Of a stretch of 64,000 bases of DNA, positions 24,780-38,800 are shown one piece after another. Source of the DNA: Ptychomitrium polyphyllum (Eukaryota). The notes below the pieces were generated by a model, which worked only from the letters and a program-made list of their open reading frames with translations, had not been told where the DNA came from and ran no database searches. Location: positions 22,444,001-22,508,000 of the forward strand of contig OZ316775.1 of NCBI GenBank assembly GCA_973851085.1, read 5' to 3'. The translations under genes were made by a program, and so were the position numbers. The stretch's first letter is position 1, and each line of letters starts with the position of its first letter.

Positions 24780-27700
24780 TGCCCTCTTCGCTCACACAAC
24801 CTGGTATTCAACCTAAAATTGATTATCCTTTCACCTAACGGAGAAATTGAGCAACGCTCAATGCAGATCGCCCTACTTCCTGCCCCTGCATTTCTCGATG
24901 GTGCTCCAGGTCAATCAGAATCACTTCTTACGGATCAATGCGGGTCTGTTAGATACACTAATCACCTCATAACGCTCAACAGAGAAAAAGCATGTGAAAG
25001 TATTGCTTGGCCTCTATGGTATATAGCAAAGTTGCTGGAATTGCTCTTGCACCCGCTACCATATAGAAGTCGCATAAAGGCGATAGTCCTGATTCACCAT
25101 TGCACAAAAGTTTAATGTCAGAAAAGGAAGCATCAACACCTCTGCCTGAAAACTTCACATTTACGTCAGTAAGGAAATTATCAACCGCGTGCAAACAGGG
25201 TCCTCAATTACGTAGAGCAGACAATTAACCCTAAGTAACAGAGTAAAAGAGGGGGTACATGAAAACCCACTTCAAAATCGTGCCTGGGATACAAGAAATT
25301 ATATTCCGCTGTGCGCAAAAGAAGTGGGTAAAGCGAACAAAGTATCATTGCCAGAGTTCAAAATGAGAAATGAGTAGTAGCCTGCAGCGGATAACAGATA
25401 CAGTTGTAGGCTGTCCATTGAGAGAGTAATACAAGTGAAGACTAATAACTTGTCTGCACACGCCAAACCTCCAACACTCATAATCTAACAAAAATTAAAA
25501 GACCTGTACTCACAGATCTCGGGAAAGCATATCAACTCATTCGAGCACCCACAGTTCGGGGCAAGATAAACAAACCAAACAGCCCAATGCCAGAGGCATC
25601 ACAAACAGCGTCGAGTACGAACAAGCTCAAACGTGGACACTTGGACTAGACGCCAACATCAGGAGAGGCGAGCCTGGTGCAAGGAGGACCTAAGTCGAGG
25701 CATTAAGGTAGGGGAGAAGGGAATCACGGAGCATGAAGATTATGCCAATTCCACTCCACTTCGCTGACAGGACAAGCCAAGACACCAGAAAAAGAGCACC
25801 TCTGATCGCGTCGGTGAGCTCGCAGGACCATCCAAAAGCCACCTGACACAGAGGCTGATTGCTTCTCAAATCGGCAGATACGGACCTATATATTATAAAC
25901 CAATCTGGTTAAAAAGCCCGTCCCACCTTAACACCCACTTGCACACACTACAACAACCAAACCCACAGTTCGATGACCGGATTGAGCTCCCCTACAAAGC
26001 CGGAGAAAACGTCGGAGTGCTCACCACCTCTGACACGCAAACCCACTCACACCCACTCCACAGAAAACAACCTCGAATTCAATCACCAACTCACCTTCTC
26101 ACCGAAATCACCACGTTGAGTGCAAGCACCATCACCACTACCACCGTCATATCCAAGATTAACCTCACATCTCCACTCCACTCCACTCCTCTCATCACCG
26201 ATCACATCACAACATATTCGTTTCCCTTCTCCACATTCCAAGCCACACATCCAGCTCATGCACCCCTTCACACTCACACCAATGCGACATACATTACTCT
26301 TCACAAGAGTCTAGGGAATTGACAGCGTCACTGTGGGCGGCTGGCAGAGACAATGATACGGCTAAGAAGATGACAACATTGCAACATTGCAAATGGACCT
26401 GAAGAGTGGAAGTAGTACAGTACTACCTTACTCCACCCAAGGTGATAGTATACCCTAGAGGAATCCTTGGTGTGAAATAACTCGCAGTAAAGCTATCAGT
26501 TTTGGTCACTCACCTTCAATGTAACACTATCTAGAATACTACAATGGAGTGTAGAGCGCAATGCTGCCTGGCCAGGATGTGATACAAGTTGAAGTTTGGA
26601 GTGGAAGAAGAGCAGTAGACTAGGGATGCAGTGTTGCTAGAGAGAGAGAGAGATGGTGAAAAAGGCGAAGAAGGTGGCGCAGCTGTGGAGGAGGTGACGA
26701 TGAGACCAGATACTACTATACAGTAGAATAGTGTAGTGTTATACTACAACATATAGGAGTTGAGCCGCCACTGCCACTGCCTCGAATACTCCGAGTCTCC
26801 GATGCACTCCGGCTCTCGTATCTTCTTCTCACATTCCGAGTACTGAACCCTTCTACTTCCAAGCCTCCGTTCCTTGTTATTATTGTCCTGCCGCAGCGCC
26901 GCTGGCTCTCTGGCTCCCTTGTCGCTACGTCATTCAGCCAGGTGCTGCAAAAGATAAGTTACTTAACTCCCCCTGCACACTTTTCCCATCGCCACCCCAT
27001 TATCACACCCACCGTGACTGCTTGAGTGTTTAGTTGTGACTACACCCTCTCATATTCCCCTTTTCCTCAAAGGTCATTTCTGTATTCTGTCCTAGTTTTC
27101 GCTCACAAACTAAAGATTACCAGTGGAAAGAAGAAGGGAAAAAAAATATGTGTTTACTGTCGGTGTTCACGGTAAACTCCTTCAAGATTTTATTACAAAA
27201 TGTACAGGTGAAACTTAATCATCGCTACTGCAGCAGATTGCACAGTACTTGCTCCAAATACTGTAGGTAAGATTTCACAGCATTCAGCAGCAAGCCGATG
27301 GATGAGTTAGACTCGAGCTTGAGTAGGCTCGAATCAAGAAAAAGGACATGAATTTAATTCATGTGCTATGTGTGCTAAGAACAAGGAAGTCAAGTGTGGG
27401 GAACATCATGTCGATACTACAATTGGGAAGGGGCCAACTAAATTGCTGATTTGGTAGCCAGCTTGGACTCCTCGGTTTTAGCGTTTAAGTTCCACATGCA
27501 TTAAATCTAAGCGCATGAACATTCGAATTTGAACATATTCCAGCTGCACAAACACCAAGATATTAGGTTATATCACATGCACATGTCACGCCTGTGAGCT
27601 GTTAAATTCTCACTGGTAACTGGCAACGTCAACTAAAACTGATTAACAATTCTCCGTATGCAATTAAGAAAGTTACAGTTACCGATATGGGTGAAAAGGT

Positions 27701-30700
27701 CGGCACAGGTGAAGATTGTATTTAGAATGGAACACAGAGGCGGCGATGACATCATCAAAGGATGTCTGGAGCTTGCAAATCACGGTACCGTTTTAATATG
27801 ACTTAACCAGTGAGGTTGGCACCAAAAAAAAAAACCAACCCCAATTTTATAATGTTTCCTTTTTACTTTTTTCAAATGCAAACGACATATTTCCTTGAAT
27901 CTAGAGAATTGTGGGATTCTGAGGTGTGAGCCTCGGAGGCCGTATTTCTTGGGAGTGCACATGCAAGCTCCGACTGGATTCATCATTGTTTCGTGTGCCC
28001 CACATTAGAAAAACGTATGCCCAATGAAGTTGTTGGTCAATGGGGGCCCACCAACGCCTGAGCCCCGGTGGAACTTCCCCCAGACCTTCCCCTGTCACCG
28101 TGCGCGTGCGGAAATAGTGTACTCATGGGACGCTGGCGTCGATTCCTGTGTCTGAAGCCTCCATTCCTGCCGTGGCCCTCACACCCTGTTGCATACAGCA
28201 CGGTATTTCTATACCGGAGCCCAGTGCCATGCTTGGGGCCCGATGGGTTTACTGATAACCTTTTGACGAGCATCATGTTTGGAACAAGCAAACGAGAATG
28301 CGAAGCGGAGTGAAGAACAGCAACACTAACTTTACCTGCCTTTTAGGTCGTAGTGCCGCCCCCAACTTTTTTGTTGGACACGGGTTTTATTACCAACTAT
28401 TAATATACTTGGTTCCAACATCTGTGCTCACAGTGAACGTACTCACTTTGCATGAAAAAGCCATAGCCATGAGTAAGGGTTATTAGTACAGATGGTGCTT
28501 TTAGCTGGAAGTATTATAGTGTGAACTGAAGAATCTTCTAATTATACTCTAGATATAGAGAGCTGTTGAATGTGTCACTTCGATTTGAAACGTGTTAGAA
28601 AATCTTAAGCAAAATTAGCAAGAAGTTTATGATATATATGGTTTAACACTCCTATATAATTTTCACATTTACAAATGCATTTCAAATGGGCTTTTATACA
28701 TGTTAGTAGCATGTAGCTTACAAACCCAACATAAATTAAGAGTGAATTCAAGATGATATTGTCAAGAAGTTCATTGTTGGTCCAAAAAAAAAGCATGATG
28801 CTTATTGTTGGATTGGCCTTCATTGCTTATTTATATCTTGATTAACTTTGTGATATTTCTTTTTGCATTTGTTTATTTCAAGACTATCATCCAAATCCAA
28901 GAAAATCTTATTTATATCGCTCCATAGCAATCAATCTTACTTTCTTTATTTTTGACTTCCATATCTCAATGTAAAAGCAATGAAACTACTTTAGAGATTT
29001 TGCATTAGCGTCTACTTTTCATCAATTCCTAACAAGTAAGGTTTTAGGAATCAAACCATCAATTGAAAAAAAATCCTTTAAGTTAATTTTTGCTTTGTGT
29101 TCTTTCTTCATAATCCTATAATTTATTTGAATACAAATCCATAAATTAAAAACTACACAACTTTGGAATTTTGAATCTGTATACAAAACTAGTCAATGCA
29201 TCTATATTTTAAATTTCATAGCAATTTCATTACTTCTTTTACTTGAACACTTTGGTTTGTAAACTCATTAAATTCTTCTTATTGAACTTTGCAAACAATT
29301 ACATGAACTTGCTTGTTAAACTTGTTTGGTTAATAGGAAGACATCAAGGATAGGTTGCATATAGGCACCTTCTTTAATAGCTATTTTTCAAATGCCACTA
29401 TCACTTCAATTCTAATTTTTTTCTACCTAATTTTCTTTAACTCAACCAAAAGACTAGTTTTCAATAATGTAAATAATTGTAACATGACCAAAACAATACT
29501 ACACCAATATCAAATTATTACCAAATTTTTTAAAATAAATAATATACAAATGCTTATATTTTCAAAGAACTACCATAATTGAAGTTTGTTTGTCTATTAT
29601 TCTATATCTATGTCATATACTTCAACTAAAATCAAGTATAAAATTTATGCCTTCCAAAAAAATAAAATGATAGTATATAAAGCTATGCATTGGATACAAA
29701 CTTGATGAAGAAAACTAAAATTGTATGTTTAGTACATAAGTATGTATGAGGTGAACTTATGGAGGCTGCATGCCATGTACATATGTATGTTTTATGTATG
29801 TTAGTATCCAAGTAGGATAAACAAACATGAATCGTGATATTTGTTGAAGGGGCAAACATGATGAGTGGGAAGTGGTCACAAGGGGGCAGGAAATCAGCCA
29901 AGGCCAATGGTCGATTCTCCACTAGTAAAACAGCAGCCTCCGGAGGATCTTGGAGGCTAAACTGGTGCACATTCATTAATGCCTTGCTTTCACCTTCGCC
30001 CTGTGTCAGGGCCACATGTGTGGAGCCTATTTGAGCGTGCAATCAGTCCCCCTCAGCGCTCCCCCGCGCTCCCCCCCCCCCCCCCCACACGTGAGAAAGT
30101 CAGAGCCCGACTGTATCTTGAGTAGTGCCCACGACGAGCCGGTCTCGACACAAGAGGAGCCACACCCATTTTTCTGTCAAACTTCTAGTACATCGTTTCG
30201 GAGTCAATTAACACGAGCCATGGTAAACGTTTCAGGCGGAGACCAGAGTTCCAGTATAAAATTTCAGAGTCAGTTGACACACGAAGAGCTCAGACGAGGA
30301 AGCAATTTTTCATGTTCAACAGTTGCTGCTCTGCAGGTGAGTACCGCGGTTTCCTCATCTTTGGAACAACTTCGATATACACTTCACTTTAGACGAACAG
30401 CGTGAAGTTCATACAGTTTGACCACCGGTCGACGCTGACATCATTGCCCAGAACCGTTGGTTGCCGTCCGGCCAAATGAATATGATTCAAAAACTGTTGC
30501 TGAGATGATCAGAAGTCTAGCTTTGCACCTAATGGAATTCGCAAGAAAAGCTTCAACGTTCAGGTCGACTGCCCCGTGTTACTTCCATAACATTTTAGAG
30601 AACCAATAACCTCAGTCGCTCTCAAATACTACATTTGATAGAAACCCAAATTAAGTATGTCAGAGTTGTACCATGTGATTGTGGCCTGGTTGTGTGAAAA

Positions 30701-31388
30701 TAATGTCGGTACTATTGCGTCTTGAAAACCTCACTCCAGTACAGTGCTGGAAAGAAGTAAAACTCTCCAGTAAAGTGACCATGATACTTTGAAATCTCTA
30801 CTAGCTACCACGCACTCCCTGCCTACACAATATTAACACTCTGCCCCTTTCCATGATCTTAGCTCCACTAGCATCTCCACCAGAAACAGAACTCCAGTGG
30901 GAAAGAGAAATCCTTTTTTTCAAAGCCCGCTTCTGAGCAACTGAAAGAACAACTGAAAAGGTCTAGTACTATGAACTTCACTACGAGAAAGGAGCAGGAA
31001 ACTGTTACTTCAGCAATTTCAAGAAGTAGCCTAGCTGTGTGGATTTGCAGGAGTAAAATGGACATACTGTAACTTTCTTCTCAAAAAATACTTCAGAGCC
31101 AAACCCAAGCATCTAGCCATCTCCGACAGAAATAAAGTATTCACGCTATGGTCTCGAACTGAAATGTCGACCACATAAAATTGGAATCATCCGCTACAAC
31201 TCCAAAGTTCACAGTCCCACTAAACTCAAATATCATAACTTGAGATGATTCTGAACTGCATTGGGAAAAACTCGATCATAAAAATTAATCAAAACGGTCA
31301 AAGCATACCTGCATTCCAGACTTTGGAATCCTTGGTCACCTCGGTATCTTCAGGATTATCTCAGAAGCTGAAACCAATCACACCCCAC

Positions 31389-31630
31389 AACCTGCTGCTC
31401 ATCGCCATGGCTGCAAAACTTGAGGCGCCTCCACAATGGGTACCCACGACGCAAGACGAATCAGCAACGCCCTTAGACGCTCAACTTCTGGTGCGCTTGT
31501 GCTGCGCTAACAGCCAGTGCGTCCTGCGTTGCGGTGCTGCACAGTTTTGTGCCCGCACCCACACTTAGGCGTCCGATGGCCTTGCACTCTCCTCGCTTTT
31601 GTGTAGTCACGGGTGTGTTGCGCTCGTAGG
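31389..31630 (-). repeat. Diverged local duplicate of the mS33 gene promoter, 5'UTR and first codons (other copy 33690-34022)
   Basis: AACCTGCTGCTCATCGCCATrGCTGCAAAAC.TGAGGCGCC, GTGCGCTTGTGCTGCGCT, GCGTCCTGCGTTGCG, TGGCCTTGC.CTCTCCTCGCT and GGGTGT...GCGCTCG.AGG occur colinearly in both copies. Confidence 0.9.
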
Positions 31631-32822
31631 AGTGGTGACCATGGGAAGGCCCACGCAGCAATTCACACCTAACACGGAATTCAACAATTGGAAAAATTGA
31701 GGGTAGGGGAAAAAGAATACTGAAAATAGTTGGCCAACCCTGCATAGATCAATTCTCCATCATCACTCGTCATCCTAGAAAAAACGCAGAGCTAACCACA
31801 TTATTGACCTCTTTACACCTCAGTCGTGATGATTTCATCCCTCTTACGTGAAATCATATGATCTCAAACCTAACTCGCTTGCTGGAGACTTGTCACAAAA
31901 GTCTCCACAGGAATTCTCAATACCAGAACAGTTACCTTCTATGCCTGGCGCTTGAGTGCTTCCTCGCTTCTGGCACCATTTTCAGCTGCGGCCACTATAA
32001 TCTCCGCTTATGAATCTAGCTCCAACGAAATTATAATTACTACCTACGATAATTTACGCAGCACTGGAGACGGCGCACTTCAACCTGACAATTCAGACAA
32101 GCTGGAAGGTTAAGTTAGCTTTCAATTAGCAATATTTGATTAAAAGTACTCACAGCTCGCAATATCTGGACTCTGATGAGTTAAACCTGAACTTGAATTG
32201 AAACGACATATCCGAGACTATGGAACCAGAAGTGGTGCTGCAAGTTGTACCATATGTACTACAAATGTCGCAAGACGAAGTAAAGTGAAGCGACCAAACT
32301 ATGGTAGATTGAAAATTCTCTAAAAGTGAACTTCTTCGGTGGCCAGACCTAGAATGCCTACACCAGAATAATCACGGCAACTAGAACCAGCAATCAACTG
32401 AAGATGCAGAATATGGGCAATGATAAGCCAGTCGATCGAGTAAGGCTCTAAGAGAGACCTTCTGGACAGAGACTAGGCCAAGCTGAAACCCAAAAACAGA
32501 TAGCAGACGCCATGTAACATGCATTTGAAAAAAGAGAAACATCAACGATAGCGGTTGTCAGGTTTATCGGAGCCGCTCCCGACGCTGCAATGAATCACGA
32601 AACCTGACAACTTCTGACATTTATCGATTGATCTTATAGACACGGCCACCTTTAGCCCACTTGTGTGATAATCAGAATGTATCTTGAAATTCTAATTGCA
32701 ACTATCACGTGCTCAGGGAAAAGAATTATTCTATCTAACTAGGAGACTGCAATATGAAGGCGATGATAGAACACTGCGATGAGGAGGGCGAACCATGTCT
32801 ACATTGTAAGCCCATTTCCAGT

Positions 32823-33709
32823 CTACTTGGCACGTTTGGCTGCACGCTTGCCTTGACCCTTCTTCGGGGGACCCTTGCCTCGACGCTTCAGCCTCTCATT
32901 TTTCACCGCTCGGCGCTTTATCTTGAGATCCTCAAACATGGGGTCCTGCTTTTGAATCGGCGTAGGGTACCACGATACAATCTTCTGCCCGATCATCTTC
33001 CTACGCAACACCTTGTGCGCAGACCGCTCGCCATTCCCAATCACATGGCCAAATATCCTGGCCCTCGCCTCGTCGATAGAATTTAACTGCATCTCCCTGG
33101 TCTGAGCGACCTCGGCATCCGATTGCAACTCCTTCTGAACGTCGTTCGGAGTCACCAACGACAGCTGCTGCGCCGCACTAGAAGCTCTAAAAGACCGCCT
33201 GCCTGCCGCAATTACCGCGCCATTCCCGCTACTCTCCAAACCCTTAAACCCTAATCCTAACGACCCAAGCGCCCTTCGTAATCCATCTGCATAATCACCA
33301 CTCCAAAAGAACCCAAAAAAACATCAGAAACGCCACACATCAAAGACCACAAAGCCGCTCAAAAACAACATAAAAACCAAAGAACACCAAAATCCTCCAA
33401 CGACAGAGAAAAGCCAAATCCTAAACAGCCCGCGAGCCACCCGCTCACACCAAAACCTCACAAACAGCAAACACCGGCGATCCAACCCATCGGTGACCTC
33501 AGTTCAACCGAGACATGCAAGTCCACTCCGCCCAGAACCCAGAAACCAAACCCGGATGAGTGCTGAGACGCACGGCTCACGGTTTCGGCCGTACGGGCCA
33601 ACTGGTGAGCCTGTCGAGACTGCAGCACGGGAGGGGCAATGAGCGCCCTCCAGGGCTGGGCGACGGTGGAGCGGCGCAGACGCCCGGCCAACCTGCTGCT
33701 CATCGCCAT
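32823..33709 (-). CDS. Mitochondrial small-subunit ribosomal protein mS33 (MRP-S33/Rsm27 family) with N-terminal presequence; probably 2 exons (about 33574-33709 and 32823-33286)
   Basis: EARARIFGHVIGNGERSAHKVLRRKMIGQKIVSWYP...KRRGKGPPKKGQGKRAAK. Arg/Ser/Ala-rich start MAMSSRLAGRLRRS. The exon 1 donor was chosen for phase compatibility and is uncertain. Confidence 0.88.
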
Positions 33710-33907
33710 AGCTGCAAAACCTGAGGCGCCCCCACGATGAACCGGCAACGCGGGTGCACGCTCAGCTCCTCTTCTCTTTCTTCTCTAGTGCGCTTGTGCT
33801 GCGCTCGCGAGCAGCGCGTCCTGCGTTGCGTTGCGTTGCGTTGCTGCACGGTCTTGCGCCCGCTTCCGCGCTCTTAGGCCCCCCGTGGCCTTGCGCTCTC
33901 CTCGCTG

Positions 33908-33997
33908 TGATGGTGATGGTGATGGTGATGGTGATGGTGATGGTGATGGTGATGGTGATGGTGATGGTGATGGTGATGGTGATGGTGATGGTGATGG
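33908..33997. repeat. (GTGATG)n hexanucleotide microsatellite, about 15 copies
   Basis: Perfect run seen directly. Absent from the duplicate copy near 31600. Confidence 0.95.
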
Positions 33998-34946
33998 CCC
34001 TGGGTGTACCGCGCTCGCAGGTCGATGCTTGAGATTCTTAATGATTCTGTGCCGCTGTGGTGTCAGCCTTGTGCACATCCTGCTGGTCGTCTGGTTATAT
34101 GTTTGTTATGGTCCAGGGCTGGTTTTGAATTCAGCGTAGGCGAGGTTTTGGAGATATTCAGGTTTCGATGTGAGCATCTTTTGAAGTCGAAGTATGTTGG
34201 GCATTCCCCTTGTTTCAGCCCTGGATGGAATGACACTTGTTACATTGGGAACCAACAAAAGTAATCTTTAAATCTATTAAGCTCAGTGAAAAGATATGGT
34301 TTTATAAGAACCAAACGTATTGCCTTTTAAATTAAATTACTTGATGAAAAGAAAGGTGCTCTTACATAAAATTATGGGCCTTCATGACATGGTAAAACCA
34401 TGAATTCAATCCTTAGAATAAGTTTCTTATTAAATTCCAAACTTTTCAATGATATTTAAGTTCCTAGACTCATTGAGGAATACCCCCAATTCAATAGAAT
34501 TATAGCTTCTACGTTCTCACATTGTTGTCATTAGGGAATTGGCAAATTATGCCTTATTAAGATATTTGCTAGTATATGGACAAGTAAGGCCTACATGTCC
34601 ACCAACATTTATATATGTTTTTAATAAATTTCCCAAAGCATATCTAACAATGTAGAAATAGTAGTTTACAAAAGTTATTATTTTACAAAGCTAGAAATAA
34701 TAGCTTTTGTACTCATTTTTGGAACTTTTTTTTTAAGTATCACAATGAGAAGAACATAAAAAGAAGAATATGCAAGAAGTGAATCATTTGATAATGGAAA
34801 AAATCATGAAAAGTGTAAGTAAATTTTAAACTTCATTTAAAACTATTAATCTAAAACCACCCCCCTATTAATGTATATTGGCACCTATAAACAAATAAGA
34901 GATGAAAGTTCTAGGATCTATAAATATTGTAATGAATCAAAGATAA

Positions 34947-35041
34947 AATCCATTTCCAAAAGAAGCAAATTAATCTATAAATATTATAAATATAATCCAT
35001 TTCCAAAAGAAGCAAATTAATCTATAAATATTATAAATATA
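34947..35041. repeat. 47-bp tandem duplication
   Basis: AATCCATTTCCAAAAGAAGCAAATTAATCTATAAATATTATAAATAT starts at 34947 and again at 34994. Confidence 0.9.
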
Positions 35042-35821
35042 AAGAAGTTGTTGTAAAGCAAGATATCACACCTACAAATTTATACAATATTGATAAGATT
35101 TATTTATTATTTTTCAATAGTAATATAATTGGTTCTTATTCATTTTGACTTGAAGATTGATACTATGTTGGTTTTCATTAAACTATGGCTTTTCATAATC
35201 ATAAGTTGCTTGTGAGGTTATACAATCTCATTAATTAAAAAGCAAATATGCTTGGTTTTTGTTAGCTAGGCCCAATTCATTCCAAGTCAGTTTGAGCTCA
35301 TTTTCTGCAATTGACTGGCCATGCATTGCAACTGCATGGGTTAGCCTCTAAAATATATTGTCAATGAACTCACAAATTTACAACAGAAGCTCAACCCAGG
35401 ATTAGAATCATTTGAAAACAATAAGACCTGCACTAGCTTGGCACTTGAGTAAAAAGGACCATGGCCCAAGGCTTTAAAATACAGACATTGACATAGCAGT
35501 CTTCACCTGGATGATCCTGCACCATGATCAACAACACTAGAACATACTCCACTCCTTTAAAGTGCTAAACATTATCTACAGTGGAATATTTGACCGTATT
35601 TAACTAGATTATCTAGAGCAGATGTGGTGTAGGGTCATCTGGCTAAAGAATGTAATGAAGAAAGTTAATTTTAAGAACCAAGTAGCTTCAAATAAGACAT
35701 GTTTCAATTTTTGCATGTGCTAGTACCTCAGCACAGATCATGCAAGTCCTGATGGCCGATTAGAGCAAAGCCAACTCAAGAAGTAAACAGAATTTAAAGG
35801 TGTCATTAAATAAGAATATAG

Positions 35822-38800
35822 TCACTTCTTTGTGTGACTCGCAAGGTAATCGTCAATTCTATTCTTCAGCTCACGGTCAGGTACCAACATCTCAGCAGTT
35901 AACAGAGATCGGTTGAAAGGATCGGTCTGCACCCAGTAGCATAGAAACATTTTAAAAGATCTAAGATTATATCTTGCACTTGACAAAATGACTAAGGAAA
36001 AGAAACAACCTACAAAAAAGCTGGTTTTGCTCAGATATACATACCTGGTCACTAAGAAGGTGCCTCTGTATAACAGACCGGTCAACGGTGGTTTTTGACG
36101 AAGGCAGAATCACCGGATCCGTCATCAATGTGTACTACACAAGGGAAAAATGTCGCTTTAACTCGATAAGAATTTTACCAAATTGTCAATTATATTCATA
36201 ATTGTAGAAATAAATACTTAAAGATACTGGGTAGGCAGTTTGGCAGCAGCTCAGTAATGGTACCTGAATAGGATCAAGAAACTCGTCAGGAATGTCACCA
36301 AGCAAAGCTTCAGCATCCATCATCTCTTGTGCCTGGGCTCTGGTTTTAGCACCTAGTGCTTCAAACTCGTCAAGCATTTGCATGGGAAGGCCACCAAGCT
36401 GACGGAGAACTCCAGCGGCTCCTGTAAACAACTGCAACAAAAGAGGTGAACCCAAGAAAAAAAACTTGCAATCTTCACTTGCAATCATGTAGTGTTACAT
36501 GATTGCAATCATGCCCCATCAAACAGCTAATCTTATCATCTGAATATACGGTAGAACCACCCTAAACCAGCATAGGTCCAAAACTAAGCCTGGTCGCAAA
36601 GTATCATCTAAATTAAATAGCCTGCAGTAACACCCAACTTTAAATGGAAAGAGAGTGCCAGCAGTGTCACACGGTTTGCTAATAGCAAAAGTGTTTTTAA
36701 GAGCATGAACGGGAGCATTTCAGGAAAGGAGACTTACCTCATCCTTATATGATCGACCGTCACTAGAAATTGCTCTTGCAAAGACACCCTGGGAATCGCC
36801 TCTATCCAGGTGCACATATATATTTACAATCTGCAGTACAATGAGCCCAAGCAGGGCGTGAGTGGTGGACATGAACGAAAGATTGCCACCATTGTTACTC
36901 AAAAAACTTATATCCTCCACGTCATTGCATAACACAAATACGCACCAACCAAGCATATAGGCCACTCTGCCGTAATAATTGTATAACAGGTCTTCTTTAC
37001 AGAGTAAGGTACGAGCACCCACTACTACCAAAAACAAGGGTTGATTGAGACACTAAAAGTGTCTTAATCGTGTTTAAGACAACTTGGTGTCTTGTAAGGG
37101 TGTCCTAATCAACCCTCTGAAAATAGGCTGTAGAGGCAACTCAACGAGACAGAAACAAGGAACCAAAATAGAAAAAGATGCTGCGGATATCCAATAATAA
37201 GCCCCTATGGATAATGAGCAAATTTCATAATAGAATAAGGAGACGGATAGCCCAAGTCGTCTAAATGGACTTAGCAAAGGGCTCAGACACGCACAAACCA
37301 TAAATTTCAGCATTAAGCTTCTCTATAGAAGTGCTCAGCATCGAGAAATTTTGGTCATCACCGCCCTGCAAATCTGACCTCTCTAACAGAGCTACAGCTC
37401 AGAAACTTTGGGCCAGTGATCCAAAGCGATATCCGTCACAAATGATTCCAAAGGAATATACAGAGATTAATAAAAAATCAGTGTTCATTGCACTTCCATA
37501 GCCGTGATCCTCAGAACGTTATTAATTACACTAAACTCCAACACTTTCAAAACTGTTTCAGTCAATATCTCTTTCTACACTTATCAAATAGAGAAGCAAA
37601 TGTTTTACCAACACAACCACAAGAAGAAACCAACCTCTGATTTTTCTGCGTCATACCTGTGCTAGAAGCTCCTTAGGCCTGAATTCATATTTCTCAGGAT
37701 CTTTCACTTTCAGAGTTTTGCGTTGGGGTCCAACAAGTTGCAACAAAAAGTAGTTTAACATTGCCGCTATCCTCTCAGCCTGCACAGCAAAGTTGCCCAT
37801 TTGAAATATGTCACTGCCTCAGTTCCGGAAACACAAGGAGGAATTTCGATAATCTCCATCTTCACACGTACCAAAAATAATGAGATTGAAAAAGGATGAG
37901 CGCACCATTTCAGGAAGTAAAAACGGTGCAGTTATTTCCGCTGATGTATATAGAATTATTTTAATGTTTTCATTTGCCAACATCATGTCAGTGCGAACCA
38001 CCTGAATTCACCCGACAAGCTTGCATCTTAGTCACATAACAGAACGAACAGATATGTAAGGGCACTAAGAATATATGCAAAAAAACCAGGAATTATACTG
38101 TTGGCTCGAAATCTAGGAACATCATATTGTACATTTTCTTGTTGATGATAATGCCGTTCTCTCTCCTGTCTTTCTTGAGCAGGCCTTCTACTCCATTGTT
38201 CTTCGGCCAGCTGTACTTCCATCTCTTTAAGTTCGGGTATTTTCTTCAGGCTTTCATCCAGGAGAAAGATACTGTCGTTAATGAGTAAATTCAAAAACTT
38301 CAAATACGAACCCTTTTCCTCTTTCTCAGCAATCTGTTCAGAGACACCACCCTGTGAAGTTAGATGACAAACATGGTAAATCTTTGAATTTCAATCATTC
38401 AATTAAAACAAATGGATTCCTGGAAGACAGAATAATTGTAAAAAAAAGTATGGTCAACAGCACCTGCTTCCAAGAATTGTGATGACTGGGTACACTCCAT
38501 AGATATTCCAGCAACTCCGCAATATTGTGACGAATATTGAATTTATCATAAAACTGGACACAAAAAAACAGACGTACAAAGCATCAATATCCCGCGCCAC
38601 TTGGAACCTAAGATAATCGACTGCAAGCTTTAATTCTGTGATCCACAAAATTTGGTTGTATTCTAAGCGGGTCATAATATCGATCATCTGATGATCCAAT
38701 CCTGCCGACTATAGAGCTGAGGCTGAGGGCTTTGCCATAAACGATGATAAGGGCTATACACTTGGGTCAAAATCTATGAAACTCAGTTAATATCCAAGCT

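Noticed and set aside
31825..31912. Two short hairpins with ATATGA and ACA, suggesting an H/ACA snoRNA
   Set aside because: Stems are too short and lack pseudouridylation pockets at the canonical spacing from the boxes.
33754..34139. ORFs with VM, DG or PS dipeptide repeats
   Set aside because: Products of the GTGATG microsatellite.
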